A stretch of 64,000 bases of DNA from Microbacteriaceae bacterium (GTDB lineage Bacteria; Actinomycetota; Actinomycetes; Actinomycetales; Microbacteriaceae), in NCBI GenBank assembly GCA_043754275.1, contig JAYUVE010000042.1, positions 10,124 through 74,123 on the forward strand, read 5' to 3'. Both the position numbers and the translations under genes were made by a program. Shown piece after piece: positions 11,384 to 20,914 of the stretch; the stretch's first letter is position 1, and each line of letters starts with the position of its first letter. The notes beneath the pieces are model-generated. The model saw only the letters and a program-made list of their open reading frames with translations, did not search any database and was not told where the DNA came from.

Positions 11384-12361
11384 CTAGGCGCGCGCGGCCA
11401 GCGCATTCAGCAGTGCTGCCCCGGTCTGCGCTTGCGAAGCGGTAACCACAAGCGACCGACCGTCTTTGCGAGTGACTTCGAGCGCTTCGCCCGCCCGGGT
11501 GACGACTCCGATGCGCCTGGTGCCACCCCAGCGGATGCCCCATCCGCCGAAGTCCCGCGTGGGGTGCACGGTGATCGCGGCCGCCGTGGCCACCTCGCTG
11601 GGCGGGATCACGAACCGCGGGAATCCGATCACCGAACGCGCACGCAGCCCCTTCCCGTCGATCGTGACCCTCCAGAAGAGCGCGCTCACGGTCAGCGCGC
11701 CGATCAACAGCATCCCGACGAGCCAGATGAGAAAAAGGGGAAGGGGCGCGGCAACGGCCAGCACGACTCCGCCGCCGCCGAGAACGAGAGCCAGAAGGAT
11801 GGCCACGATGGCGCCGACCTGGCGGGATGGCTCGACACGCTGCATCCAGGCGACACGTTCGGTGGCTCCGAGTTCGATCTTCGGGAGCGTTGCGGCGTCA
11901 ACTGCAGGTACGGGGATGGATTTCGGCAGCAGGAACCAGGCCAACACGGCGAGCGCGATGCCCAGGGCGAAGCCCAGCGCGACAACAGGGGCGATGTTCG
12001 GTGCGAGGCGGGCATCCCGCAGCCCTGCCTGCATCACAGTGGAGCCCGCCATGATCACCGTGAGGATGGTTGCCAGGAACGGCCCGATCGACAGGATCAC
12101 TCGCTGGTTGACAGTCGACGTTTCATGGCTGGATCGGGCGACGACGAAAGCAAACGCGCTGTAGGCGACGACCACGAGGGCGATCATGACCAGCCCGACC
12201 GCCGCGTTGCCGAACCCGTCTGGCACGCCCGAAAATCCCCAATGGGTGGCAATGGGAGATGGCAGCGTCGGGATCGAGACGAGAATCGCGATGATTCCCG
12301 CGGCGGCGATGATGAGCGGGGCGAGAACTCCCACGACGATCATTCGGGTCTGGTTGGTCAT
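11384..12361 (-). CDS. DUF1648 membrane protein
   Basis: LPSPIATHWGFSGVPDGF motif, several TMs, C-terminal FGGWGIR. Confidence 0.85.
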   Translation of the reverse strand: MTNQTRMIVVGVLAPLIIAAAGIIAILVSIPTLPSPIATHWGFSGVPDGFGNAAVGLVMIALVVVAYSAFAFVVARSSHETSTVNQRVILSIGPFLATILTVIMAGSTVMQAGLRDARLAPNIAPVVALGFALGIALAVLAWFLLPKSIPVPAVDAATLPKIELGATERVAWMQRVEPSRQVGAIVAILLALVLGGGGVVLAVAAPLPLFLIWLVGMLLIGALTVSALFWRVTIDGKGLRARSVIGFPRFVIPPSEVATAAAITVHPTRDFGGWGIRWGGTRRIGVVTRAGEALEVTRKDGRSLVVTASQAQTGAALLNALAARA

Positions 12362-12708
12362 TCGAATGCCTTCCTGATCAATGCGCTGAGGGCGCTGGGG
12401 GTGAGCTCGAGCCGCTTGGCCTCTGCGACCACCCGGTCGATGTCTTTGGTGAGTTGCGCGTAGTCTCGCGCGCGGTCGGCCACCACAGCGCCACGACCAC
12501 GGCGCAGATCGATGAAGCCCTCGTCGCGGAGCACCTGGTACGCACGCAGCACGGTGTGCACGTTGACATCGAGGGATGCCGCGAGCTCGCGCGCAGCGGG
12601 CAGCCGCTCCCCGACGGCCAGTTCGCCGCCCATCACCTGGCCCCGGATGCCCGCCACGAGCTGCTCAAACAGCGGCAGAGGCGAGACGGGATCGATCGAC
12701 AAGAACAC
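12358..12708 (-). CDS. GntR (YtrA-subfamily) regulator
   Basis: PLFEQL...GERLPAARELAASLDVNVHTVLRAY; short C-terminus; coupled to the DUF1648 gene. Confidence 0.9.
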   Translation of the reverse strand: MFLSIDPVSPLPLFEQLVAGIRGQVMGGELAVGERLPAARELAASLDVNVHTVLRAYQVLRDEGFIDLRRGRGAVVADRARDYAQLTKDIDRVVAEAKRLELTPSALSALIRKAFE

Positions 12709-12724
12709 AAGAAGATCCTATTAC

Positions 12725-12739
12725 TCTAATTCAAATAGA
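12725..12739. promoter_or_regulatory. Probable GntR/YtrA operator
   Basis: TCTA-ATTCAAA-TAGA inverted repeat in an AT-rich patch just upstream of the gntR start. Confidence 0.5.
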
Positions 12740-12843
12740 TCAAGCACGTCACGATCTGATAACAGACCGATGTGAGCATTCCGTTGGACTCCGCCGTCTC
12801 TTGGCCGCATTTTCGGATTCGGTAGACCGATCAGTCTGTACCT

Positions 12844-12871
12844 GTCACGTCCAGGTGATGCCTGTGTAACG
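12844..12871 (+). promoter_or_regulatory. 11-bp phased direct repeats (OmpR/SARP-type boxes)
   Basis: GTCACG at 12844, GTGATG at 12855, GTAACG at 12866. Confidence 0.5.
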
Positions 12872-12909
12872 GGTCCAGGGAGAAGGTGAGGAGAAGGAAT
12901 CGGGGAATC

Positions 12910-14016
12910 ATGTTACAAATCAATACGATCACGCCTGGGGACCATCGCTCACCACGTCTTGTGCGTGCGTTAGGGAGTTTGGGCGCCCTACTTTTTGCTG
13001 TTTTTCTCTTGGTGGCAATGAATCCAGGAGCGGGGGCATTCGCTGACGACATAAGCCAATGCGACGGCGTCGGCCTCGCTGGCTCCGGAGTCGACTGTCA
13101 CGTCGCTGTCGTCAACAACATCGACCTCAACGATCCGACCCAGAACTTCTCCACCGTCACCACGACGACCTGTATCGGCGACGCCAACGCCGCGCTGATC
13201 GGCTCGTGCGCGACCACGGTCATCCCGCTGAGCACCACTCTCACGCTCAACGTCGACCAGTGCAATGGCTCGACAACGTCGGGCTCGACGCTGTTCTGCA
13301 CGGTCGATGTTCTCAACCAGGTCACCGGTGGCTCAGGTGTCATAGACCTGGCCACGGTGAATGAATGCATCGGTTCGGCCGCAGGGGGCACCCTGGTCAG
13401 TTTCACCTGCGACTCATGGGTTGATCCAACCATCGCCCCGCCGGTAGCCAATAACGCTCCGCTGGCCACGGCCACTGTCGTGCAGTGCGACGGCTCCGCC
13501 AATGGTGGCGGCGCCCTGGTGGACTGCTCGATGGATGTCGGCTCGAGCACGAGCACCGCCATCCCGGTCAAGGTCAACCAGTGCAACGGCTCGGCCAATG
13601 GCGGCGGAAGTACCGTCGTGTGCCGCACCCGCATCCGCACGGTGTTCAGAACTGACATCACTGTTCCGACCTACACCACAGCCACCACGACCCCGCAGGC
13701 CGTGCCGGTGCTGCCGTCCACGCATGCTGTAGTCGGCGTGGTCGCACCTGCCCCGGTGGTGATTCCGGTGGTAGTCACGCCTCCCGTGACACCGCCCGCA
13801 ACAGTGGGTTCAGACACGTCCAGCTCATCCGGCACATCCGGCACATCTGGTTCATCTGGTTCATCTGGTTCGCGAGATCGGCTCGTCAACACGGGATCGC
13901 TCGCGCAAACGGGTGGCACGGATCCGATGCCGACAGGACTCATCGCCGGTCTTCTCATGCTTGTGGGGGTCGGAGTCGTGCTGGGGTCACGTCGATCCGC
14001 AGTACCCCGGGCCTGA
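12910..14016 (+). CDS. Secreted Cys-repeat cell-wall-anchored protein with LAQTG sortase signal
   Basis: Signal peptide ending AFA, six C-x-G-x(9-11)-C modules, P/T/S/G linker, LAQTG + TM + RR tail. Confidence 0.8.
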   Translation: MLQINTITPGDHRSPRLVRALGSLGALLFAVFLLVAMNPGAGAFADDISQCDGVGLAGSGVDCHVAVVNNIDLNDPTQNFSTVTTTTCIGDANAALIGSCATTVIPLSTTLTLNVDQCNGSTTSGSTLFCTVDVLNQVTGGSGVIDLATVNECIGSAAGGTLVSFTCDSWVDPTIAPPVANNAPLATATVVQCDGSANGGGALVDCSMDVGSSTSTAIPVKVNQCNGSANGGGSTVVCRTRIRTVFRTDITVPTYTTATTTPQAVPVLPSTHAVVGVVAPAPVVIPVVVTPPVTPPATVGSDTSSSSGTSGTSGSSGSSGSRDRLVNTGSLAQTGGTDPMPTGLIAGLLMLVGVGVVLGSRRSAVPRA

Positions 14017-14020
14017 CGAA

Positions 14021-14057
14021 ACGTCTCCCGGGCACTTTTGGGGGGTCCGGGAGACGT
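14021..14057 (+). terminator. Hairpin after the surface-protein gene
   Basis: ACGTCTCCCGG ... CCGGGAGACGT. Confidence 0.6.
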
Positions 14058-14087
14058 AGCTCGCCGTAGAATGGGGATTCTACGGGT

Positions 14088-15185
14088 GTGGGGACAGAGA
14101 TGATCCACTTTGAGCGTTGGAGCCTCTTGGTTGTGGGGGAAGCGCTGAGGCGCGATGCAACGCGTTTCGCGGACTTCCTCCACGACCTTGACTTCGACGC
14201 GAGCACCCTCGCGGCCAGGCTCGATGAACTTGTTGCGGCAGGTCTCATGGATCTCGTGCCAGATTCCGCCGTCGGCGAACCGGCATACCGGTTGACCGAG
14301 AAGGGCAGGGGCCTGGAAGAGGTCATCGTCGCCCTGGACGCCTGGGGGGAGCGCTGGGCTCTTCCCGCCCCGCTACCCGCCGAGCTGACAATCGCGCGGG
14401 TGCGCGACGAGGAGGTTCGCCTCGCGCCGTCGGTGCTGATCGAGATCTCGATGCTGGGTGCCTTCGCCCTGCGGGTGGGTGGCAAAGCGATCGGCGGACT
14501 GTCCGTGGGATCCCAGCGCCTCCTGGTGTTTCTGGCGCTGCACGATCGGGCCATCACCAGGATTGCTGTGGCCGGCACGATGTGGCCAGACGCGACAGAG
14601 GAGCGTGCTGGCATCAGCCTTCGCTCAGCCCTCTCCCGGCTCGATCCTGCGACTCGCGAGACCATCCTCACGGCGAGCACCGGTCTAGGGTTGGCCGAGA
14701 CGGTCGCCGTCGATCTTCGGGATGCCCAGGCTCTCGCCCACCGACTACTCCGGCCGGGCGGCTCAACCCTGCCCGCCGACCTGAGCTCGGAGGCCCTCGC
14801 AGCACTCTCGCGCGAACTGCTGCCGGACTGGTACGACGACTGGGTAGTGGCCGAGGCAGAAGACTGGCGGCAATTGCGCATGAGTGCGCTGGAAGCCCTG
14901 GCGAACATCCTTGTAGACAACGACCGCCTGGCCGAGGCGGCCAGCGCCGCGCGAGCGGCCATGAAGGTTGAGCCGCTGCGGGAGAGCGCGCACGCGACTC
15001 TCATCCGGGTTCATCTCGCCGAGGGCAACCAGACCGAGGCCCTTCGCGTGTTCGAGCGCTACAGCGAGCTGTTGATGAGTGCCCTGAATCTTGAGCCCAC
15101 GCAGCACTTGGCTGGCCTCGTGACAGATATCCGCAGTCATGGAGCGACTGAAGTCGAAGATGTCGAATCAATGCGCATGGGCTGA
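14088..15185 (+). CDS. HxlR-type wHTH fused to SARP/BTAD transcriptional regulator
   Basis: N-terminal RWSLLVV...TRFADF...YRLTEKGRGL (HxlR-like); C-terminal ELLPDWYDDW, EPLRESAHATLIRVHLAEGNQTEAL (BTAD). Confidence 0.8.
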   Translation: MGTEMIHFERWSLLVVGEALRRDATRFADFLHDLDFDASTLAARLDELVAAGLMDLVPDSAVGEPAYRLTEKGRGLEEVIVALDAWGERWALPAPLPAELTIARVRDEEVRLAPSVLIEISMLGAFALRVGGKAIGGLSVGSQRLLVFLALHDRAITRIAVAGTMWPDATEERAGISLRSALSRLDPATRETILTASTGLGLAETVAVDLRDAQALAHRLLRPGGSTLPADLSSEALAALSRELLPDWYDDWVVAEAEDWRQLRMSALEALANILVDNDRLAEAASAARAAMKVEPLRESAHATLIRVHLAEGNQTEALRVFERYSELLMSALNLEPTQHLAGLVTDIRSHGATEVEDVESMRMG

Positions 15186-15278
15186 GCCCCTCTCGCGTCT
15201 CGGTTGTTTTTGGGTGAGGCGAACCTCTAAGCTGTGCCTCATCTGGGGGACTCCCAGAAGCGACTTCCGAGGGATTCG

Positions 15279-15944
15279 ATGAGCGACGACACCCCCACAC
15301 AACGCTTCGATGCCACGGGTGGGACACCCACAGAGCGACTCGCCACCACGGCGCCCTCCGAGGAGGTGGTAGAGGAGCGCAAGTCGCGCCGGCTCATCAC
15401 AATCCTCGTGATCGCGGGTGGCGCACTTCTTCTCGCCGCGCTCATCGTGCTCATCCTGTTGTTGACGAGGGGATCCGGAACGCCGACCGCGGTGACGACT
15501 CCCACCAATTCGGCAAGCACAAGTCCGACCCCGAGCGCCACGCCGACGAAGAGCGCGACGCCCACCCCCAGCCCTACTCCCACTCCGACCGCCACCGCGG
15601 CGCCGCCGCCGCCGCCCTCGACTGACGCTTCGATCGACGCGTTCACCATAAACGGCCACTCAGGATCGTTCGGTGTCGACTGCTCGAACGGCGACCCGAA
15701 CATCACGCTCAAATGGTCGACGTCGAATGCCGACCACGTCTACTTCGGCATCGACACGAACGACGCGTCAAGCGGTCCGTTCTTCTCCGACCTCCCCGCG
15801 AGCGGCAATTCTGACAACGACTTCCCGGATGGCTACCGGCCATTCCAATACACCTGTGGAAACGGCAGCCACAAGTACGTCTTCACCGCCGTGAACGACA
15901 CCAACGGCACGAAAGACACGGTTTCCATCACAGTGAACGGCTAG
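15279..15944 (+). CDS. Membrane-anchored protein with PT-rich stalk and disulfide-containing beta domain
   Basis: Single TM, TPSATPTPSPTP linker, C-terminal domain with 2 Cys. Confidence 0.75.
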   Translation: MSDDTPTQRFDATGGTPTERLATTAPSEEVVEERKSRRLITILVIAGGALLLAALIVLILLLTRGSGTPTAVTTPTNSASTSPTPSATPTKSATPTPSPTPTPTATAAPPPPPSTDASIDAFTINGHSGSFGVDCSNGDPNITLKWSTSNADHVYFGIDTNDASSGPFFSDLPASGNSDNDFPDGYRPFQYTCGNGSHKYVFTAVNDTNGTKDTVSITVNG

Positions 15945-15951
15945 AGACGAC

Positions 15952-16503
15952 ATGAGCACAGCCCCCTCAGCACCGCGCAAGGCAAGCGGAGGGCTCATCG
16001 CCCTCATCGTGATCGGGGGGCTGCTGTTGCTCGCAGTGGTGGCCGTGCTCTTCCTGCTGCTCGGGAGGAACCTGGGTGGCGGCAACGACGGCACGGTCAC
16101 CAGCGCGACGGCGACCCCCAGCGCTGTCGCGCCGAGCCCCTCGGCCACCGAGGCGCAGCAACCCGCCGAAGACACCACCCCGCGCTTCACGAGCTTCAAT
16201 GCCGTGACCGAGGTCGCGTGCCCGCAGGACGGCGAGAAACCGGAGATCCAGTTCAACTGGACCACGGCCCACGCCACCCAGGTCTGGTACACCTCCGGCA
16301 AGGAGGACGCCATCGATGACAACTACATGCAGGTGCCGCTCAACGGTAGCCAGAACGACTTGACCGACGAGCACCTGTTCCCGTGCAATCACCGAAGTGC
16401 GCAGACCTACACGGTCACGCTGCTGGGGGATGACGGCCAGCACGTGAGTCAGCAGTTCACCGTGACCGACACGAACTGGACGGGCGACCCGAGCACCGAC
16501 TAG
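15952..16503 (+). CDS. Paralog of the upstream membrane-anchored protein
   Basis: Same architecture; shared C...I.(L/F).W.T..A..V pattern and second Cys followed by Y. Confidence 0.75.
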   Translation: MSTAPSAPRKASGGLIALIVIGGLLLLAVVAVLFLLLGRNLGGGNDGTVTSATATPSAVAPSPSATEAQQPAEDTTPRFTSFNAVTEVACPQDGEKPEIQFNWTTAHATQVWYTSGKEDAIDDNYMQVPLNGSQNDLTDEHLFPCNHRSAQTYTVTLLGDDGQHVSQQFTVTDTNWTGDPSTD

Positions 16504-16539
16504 CTGGCGACTAGCGCTGGGTCTCCGGCTGCTCGGCTG

Positions 16540-16623
16540 CAGTGTGTCGGCACCTCTCCGCAGTGTTGCGGATCCTCTCCGCAGTGTTGCGGATCCTCTC
16601 CTCAGAGTTGCGGATCCTCTCCT
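16540..16623 (+). repeat. 21-bp tandem repeat x4
   Basis: CAGTGTTGCGGATCCTCTCC(G/T) units at 16540, 16561, 16582 and 16603; no spacers. Confidence 0.9.
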
Positions 16624-16669
16624 CCACAGCCACGATCTGAGAAAGTTGTTGAATTTGCTCACATTCTCT

Positions 16670-16685
16670 TCGCATATATGTTCGA
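16670..16685. promoter_or_regulatory. LexA (SOS) box-like site
   Basis: TCGCAT-ATAT-GTTCGA versus actinobacterial consensus TCGAAC-N4-GTTCGA, 17 nt upstream of the DUF222 start. Confidence 0.6.
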
Positions 16686-16702
16686 ATGTGAGAGAATTGA
16701 GC

Positions 16703-18052
16703 ATGTCCTTCACCGAGTCGTTCGCCGCCACCGCACAGTCGGTCGTGGCGCTCGGAGTGGATTCCGCGGCGCTCGCCGCACTTCCCGACGACTCCCTTCT
16801 CGCCGCCCACACCCTTCTCACCGAACACCGCCGACACGCGGAGACCTACACAGCCTGGCTCACCGGTGAGATCGCACGACGTTCCTCTCGGGATGCCGGT
16901 TACTCGGGTCTCGCGCAGCGCAAGGGCTACGGCAGCGCCGAGTCGCTGCTGCAGGCGCTGTCGCCCGTGAGCCGGGTCGAAGCGGCTCAACTTGTCGAAG
17001 CGGGAACACTTATGGCGACCGCCCCGGCATCCTCCACCCTCTGGGAGGCTGCGTTATCCGCGGCTCTGCGCGCGGGCACCATCGCAGTCGCGCAAGCCGA
17101 AGCCATCCGTCGAGGGCTTGCCCCAGTGGCCGACGCCGCACCCGCGCGAGACCTCCTCGCCGAGTGCGAGCGTCTCATGGCCCGAGTTCCTCACGTCTCG
17201 CTCGGCGAGCTGCGGCGCGAGGCTCGCTCGGCCCGCGACCGGCTCGACGAAGCGGGCATCGCGCGTCGGGAGAAGCAGCGCCGCGACAATCGCTATCTCA
17301 AACGTTGGGTGCGTGACGACGGCATGTACCAGGGCGCTTTCCTGCTCGACCCAGAAGGCGGGCAGCACCTCTTCAGCGCGCTCGATGCGATCATGGCCCC
17401 ACGGCGTGGCGTCCGGTTCGTGGATGCCGCGACCGAAGCCCAGGCAGACGCAATCCGCGACGACTCCCGCACCGACGACCAGCTCCTCGCCGATGCGCTC
17501 GTAGATATCGTGCGGCTCGCCGTCGACGCCGATCCCGGGACACTATTCGGAATGCGGCGACCGGCCGTCCGTGTCGTCGTCACCGAGCAGACCCTCGCCT
17601 CGGCAGGCGGCCACGGCTACATCGAAGGCGACGCCCAGCCCATCTCCCGCGAAACCGTGGACCGCTTCGTCTGCGACACCGGTCACGTCGGCATCAAGTT
17701 CGATCGCAAGAACAACATCATCGACCTCGGTCGCACCCAGCGCCTGTTCACCGAGCCACAACGGCTGGCGATCGCGGTGCGAGACGGCGGATGCCTCTTC
17801 CCCAGCTGCATGCGGCCACCCTCAGCCTGCGAGGTCCATCACATCACCGAATGGTCCCGCGGTGGGCCGACGGATGCCGCGGCCGGCGTCCTGCTCTGCC
17901 GTCACCATCACATGCTCCTGCACAACAATCATTGGCAGATCCTCCGCGAACGGGATCACTACTGGCTCAAGCCCCCGCGCTCCGAAGACCCGAACCAGGC
18001 GTTGCGTCCACTCGGTTCGAAGAGCCCGCTCATGCGTGAGCTGCAAACCTGA
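16703..18052 (+). CDS. DUF222 / HNH endonuclease (13E12-repeat family)
   Basis: RTDDQLLADAL, RLFTEPQRLAIAVRDGGCLFPSC...CEVHH...GGPTD...LLCRHHH. Confidence 0.9.
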   Translation: MSFTESFAATAQSVVALGVDSAALAALPDDSLLAAHTLLTEHRRHAETYTAWLTGEIARRSSRDAGYSGLAQRKGYGSAESLLQALSPVSRVEAAQLVEAGTLMATAPASSTLWEAALSAALRAGTIAVAQAEAIRRGLAPVADAAPARDLLAECERLMARVPHVSLGELRREARSARDRLDEAGIARREKQRRDNRYLKRWVRDDGMYQGAFLLDPEGGQHLFSALDAIMAPRRGVRFVDAATEAQADAIRDDSRTDDQLLADALVDIVRLAVDADPGTLFGMRRPAVRVVVTEQTLASAGGHGYIEGDAQPISRETVDRFVCDTGHVGIKFDRKNNIIDLGRTQRLFTEPQRLAIAVRDGGCLFPSCMRPPSACEVHHITEWSRGGPTDAAAGVLLCRHHHMLLHNNHWQILRERDHYWLKPPRSEDPNQALRPLGSKSPLMRELQT

Positions 18053-18276
18053 GTTTTGCGACGGCCGCCGAGCGGCGTTGAACGATGGTGCGCAGATGGC
18101 GCGGCGCCGCGGCGAGCGCAACCGGTCTGAGCGTCGGCAGGGCCTGCCCGCGCGCTGACAGCCGGACCGCCCCCGGTAAGATCGCAGCACAACCCACACT
18201 CAGGCACCTCCTCGCCACCTCGACAGAGCCCAGGCGAACAGACTCGGTGCCGCATATATCGAACCGGAGCACCACC

Positions 18277-20865
18277 GTGGCCATCAGCGCAGCCGATCCG
18301 AGCATCCCCGCTTCACAGATACCCGAGAAGCCCGCCCTCGAAGGCCTCGAAGACAAGTGGTCGCCAGTCTGGGAAGCCAACGGCACCCACCGCTTCGATC
18401 GGGATGCCGCGCTCGACGCGCCCGACTCGGTCTACTCGATCGACACTCCCCCGCCGACCGCCTCCGGCAGCTTGCACATCGGGCATGTCTTCAGCTACAC
18501 CCACATGGACCTGGCGGCGCGCTTCCATCGGATGCGCGGCCAGACGCTGTTCTACCCGATGGGCTGGGACGACAACGGTCTGCCCACCGAGCGCCGCGTG
18601 CAGAACTACTACGGCGTGCGCTGTGACCCGACGCTGCCCTATGACCCCGGGTTCGTTCCACCCCTGCAAGGCGGCGACGGCGCAAGCGGCAAGGCGGCCG
18701 ACCAATTCCCGGTGAGCCGGCGCAACTTCATCGAACTGTGCGAGACCCTTACCGCCGAAGACGAGCTCCAGTTCGAGGAGCTCTGGCGCCAACTCGGGCT
18801 GAGCGTCGACTGGAGCCTCACCTACCGCACCATCGGCAAGGAATCGCAACTCGCCGCCCAGCGGGCATTCCTGCGCAATCTCTCCCGCGGCGAGGCGTAC
18901 CAGGCGGATGCCCCGACGCTGTGGGACATCACCTTCCGCACCGCCGTGGCCCAGGCCGAGCTCGAAGACAAGGAGCAGCCCGCCGTCTACCACCGGCTGG
19001 CATTTCACCGGGCGGGTGGCGACGATATCCACATCGAGACCACGCGGCCCGAACTGCTGGCGGCCTGCGTGGCGCTCGTGGCGCATCCCGACGACGAGCG
19101 TTACCAGGGCCTCTTCGGCACGACAGTGAACACGCCGCTGTTCGGGGTCGAGGTGCCCATCGTGGCCCACCACCTCGCCCAGAAAGACAAGGGATCTGGC
19201 ATCGCCATGATCTGCACCTTCGGCGATGTGACCGACGTGATCTGGTGGCGCGAGCTGGATCTGCCCAACCGCACAATCATCGGGGCCGACGGGCGCATCG
19301 TGGCAGAGGCGCCCGAAGTGCTCTCGCCCACGGCGCGTGAGATCTACGCCGAGCTCGCGGGTAAGACTGTTTTCTCCGCCAAGGCGAAGGTCGTGGAGTT
19401 GCTGCGCGAAAGTGGCGAGATGATCGGTGACCCGAAGCCGATCAGCCATCAGGTGAAGTTCTTCGAGAAGGGCGACAAGCCACTCGAGATCATCTCGACC
19501 CGGCAGTGGTACATCACCAATGGTGCGCGCGACCCGAAACTGCGCGATCGCCTTCTCGACGCCGGCAAGCAGATTGCCTTCACGCCCGGCCATATGCGGG
19601 TGCGGTACGACAACTGGGTGGGCGGGCTCACGGGCGATTGGCTCATCTCTCGGCAGCGATTTTTCGGGGTGCCGATCCCGGTCTGGTACGAGCTGGATGA
19701 GAACGGCGAGAAGGGTGCAGTCATCGTGCCCACAGAAGAGTCGCTGCCCATCGACCCGTCGTCCCAGGTGCCACCGGGCTATGTCGAGGCGGATCGCGGA
19801 AAGACCTTCGCGGGCGAGATCGACATCATGGACACCTGGGCGACGTCGTCACTGACCCCGCAGATCGCGGGGGGCTGGGTGACCGACCCCGAACTGTTCG
19901 ACCTGGTGTTCCCCTACTCGCTGCGCAGCCAGGGGCAGGACATCATTCGCACCTGGCTGTTCTCGACCGTGTTGCGCGCCGAGCTAGAGCACGGCCAAGT
20001 GCCGTGGAAGAACGCCGGGATCTCGGGCTTCATCGTCGACCCCGACCGCAAGAAGATGTCGAAGTCCAAGGGCAACGTGGTCACACCGAAGGGCATGCTC
20101 GATGAGCACGGGTCGGATGCCGTGCGCTACTGGGCCGCGTCATCCCGCCTCGGAACCGATGCCGCCTTCGACCCGCAGAATCCGAAGCAGATCAAGATCG
20201 GCCGTCGGCTCGCGATCAAGGTGCTCAACGCCGCGAAGTTCGTGTACTCGTTCCCGGACGCCGCCGGCGGGGGCCCAGTCAGCGAGCCTCTCGACATCGA
20301 CATGCTCGCCGAGCTCGGCGTGGTGATCGATACCGCGACGAAGGCCTTCGAGGACTACGACCACGCAAAGGCGCTCGAAACCGCCGAGCAGTTCTTCTGG
20401 ACCTTCTGCGACGACTACCTAGAGCTGGTCAAAGAGCGCGCATACGGTGCCGCCACGCCGCAGGCGCAGGCGAGCGCTGTCACTGCCCTGCGCACCGCGA
20501 TCGACGTGTTGCTGCGGCTGTTCGCGCCGTTCATCCCGTTCGCGACTGAAGAGGTGTGGAGCTGGACCCACGAGGGCTCGGTGCACACCGCGCCCTGGCC
20601 GACCGTCGCCGACCTCGGCGTGAATGCCGCCCCGACCGGGCTGCTGGGCGCGGCAAGTGAGGCTCTTGTCAGCATCCGGCGCGCAAAGACTGACGCCAAG
20701 GCCTCGCAGAAGACCGACGTGGTGTCGGCCACTATTGCCGGCCCCGCCATCCTCGCCGGGGGCCTTGACGACCTCAAGGCTGTCGGTCGGATCGCCAGCG
20801 TAGAGTTCGTGGAGTCAGAGTCGATCGAAGTGCGGGACATCGTGCTCGCCCCGGTGCCGGAATAG
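18277..20865 (+). CDS. valS: Valine-tRNA ligase
   Basis: DTPPPTASGSLHIGH, DWLISRQRFFG, KMSKS; GGAG before GTG at 18277. Confidence 0.96.
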   Translation: MAISAADPSIPASQIPEKPALEGLEDKWSPVWEANGTHRFDRDAALDAPDSVYSIDTPPPTASGSLHIGHVFSYTHMDLAARFHRMRGQTLFYPMGWDDNGLPTERRVQNYYGVRCDPTLPYDPGFVPPLQGGDGASGKAADQFPVSRRNFIELCETLTAEDELQFEELWRQLGLSVDWSLTYRTIGKESQLAAQRAFLRNLSRGEAYQADAPTLWDITFRTAVAQAELEDKEQPAVYHRLAFHRAGGDDIHIETTRPELLAACVALVAHPDDERYQGLFGTTVNTPLFGVEVPIVAHHLAQKDKGSGIAMICTFGDVTDVIWWRELDLPNRTIIGADGRIVAEAPEVLSPTAREIYAELAGKTVFSAKAKVVELLRESGEMIGDPKPISHQVKFFEKGDKPLEIISTRQWYITNGARDPKLRDRLLDAGKQIAFTPGHMRVRYDNWVGGLTGDWLISRQRFFGVPIPVWYELDENGEKGAVIVPTEESLPIDPSSQVPPGYVEADRGKTFAGEIDIMDTWATSSLTPQIAGGWVTDPELFDLVFPYSLRSQGQDIIRTWLFSTVLRAELEHGQVPWKNAGISGFIVDPDRKKMSKSKGNVVTPKGMLDEHGSDAVRYWAASSRLGTDAAFDPQNPKQIKIGRRLAIKVLNAAKFVYSFPDAAGGGPVSEPLDIDMLAELGVVIDTATKAFEDYDHAKALETAEQFFWTFCDDYLELVKERAYGAATPQAQASAVTALRTAIDVLLRLFAPFIPFATEEVWSWTHEGSVHTAPWPTVADLGVNAAPTGLLGAASEALVSIRRAKTDAKASQKTDVVSATIAGPAILAGGLDDLKAVGRIASVEFVESESIEVRDIVLAPVPE

Positions 20866-20914
20866 TCGAGACGCAGGTGCCGGAAGCCGAGACGCAGCAA
20901 CCGGAAGGAGCGCA

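Noticed and set aside
16540-16623. CRISPR- or TIGR-like array next to an HNH gene
   Set aside because: Units are head-to-tail with no unique spacers; no cas or Nop-domain gene is adjacent.
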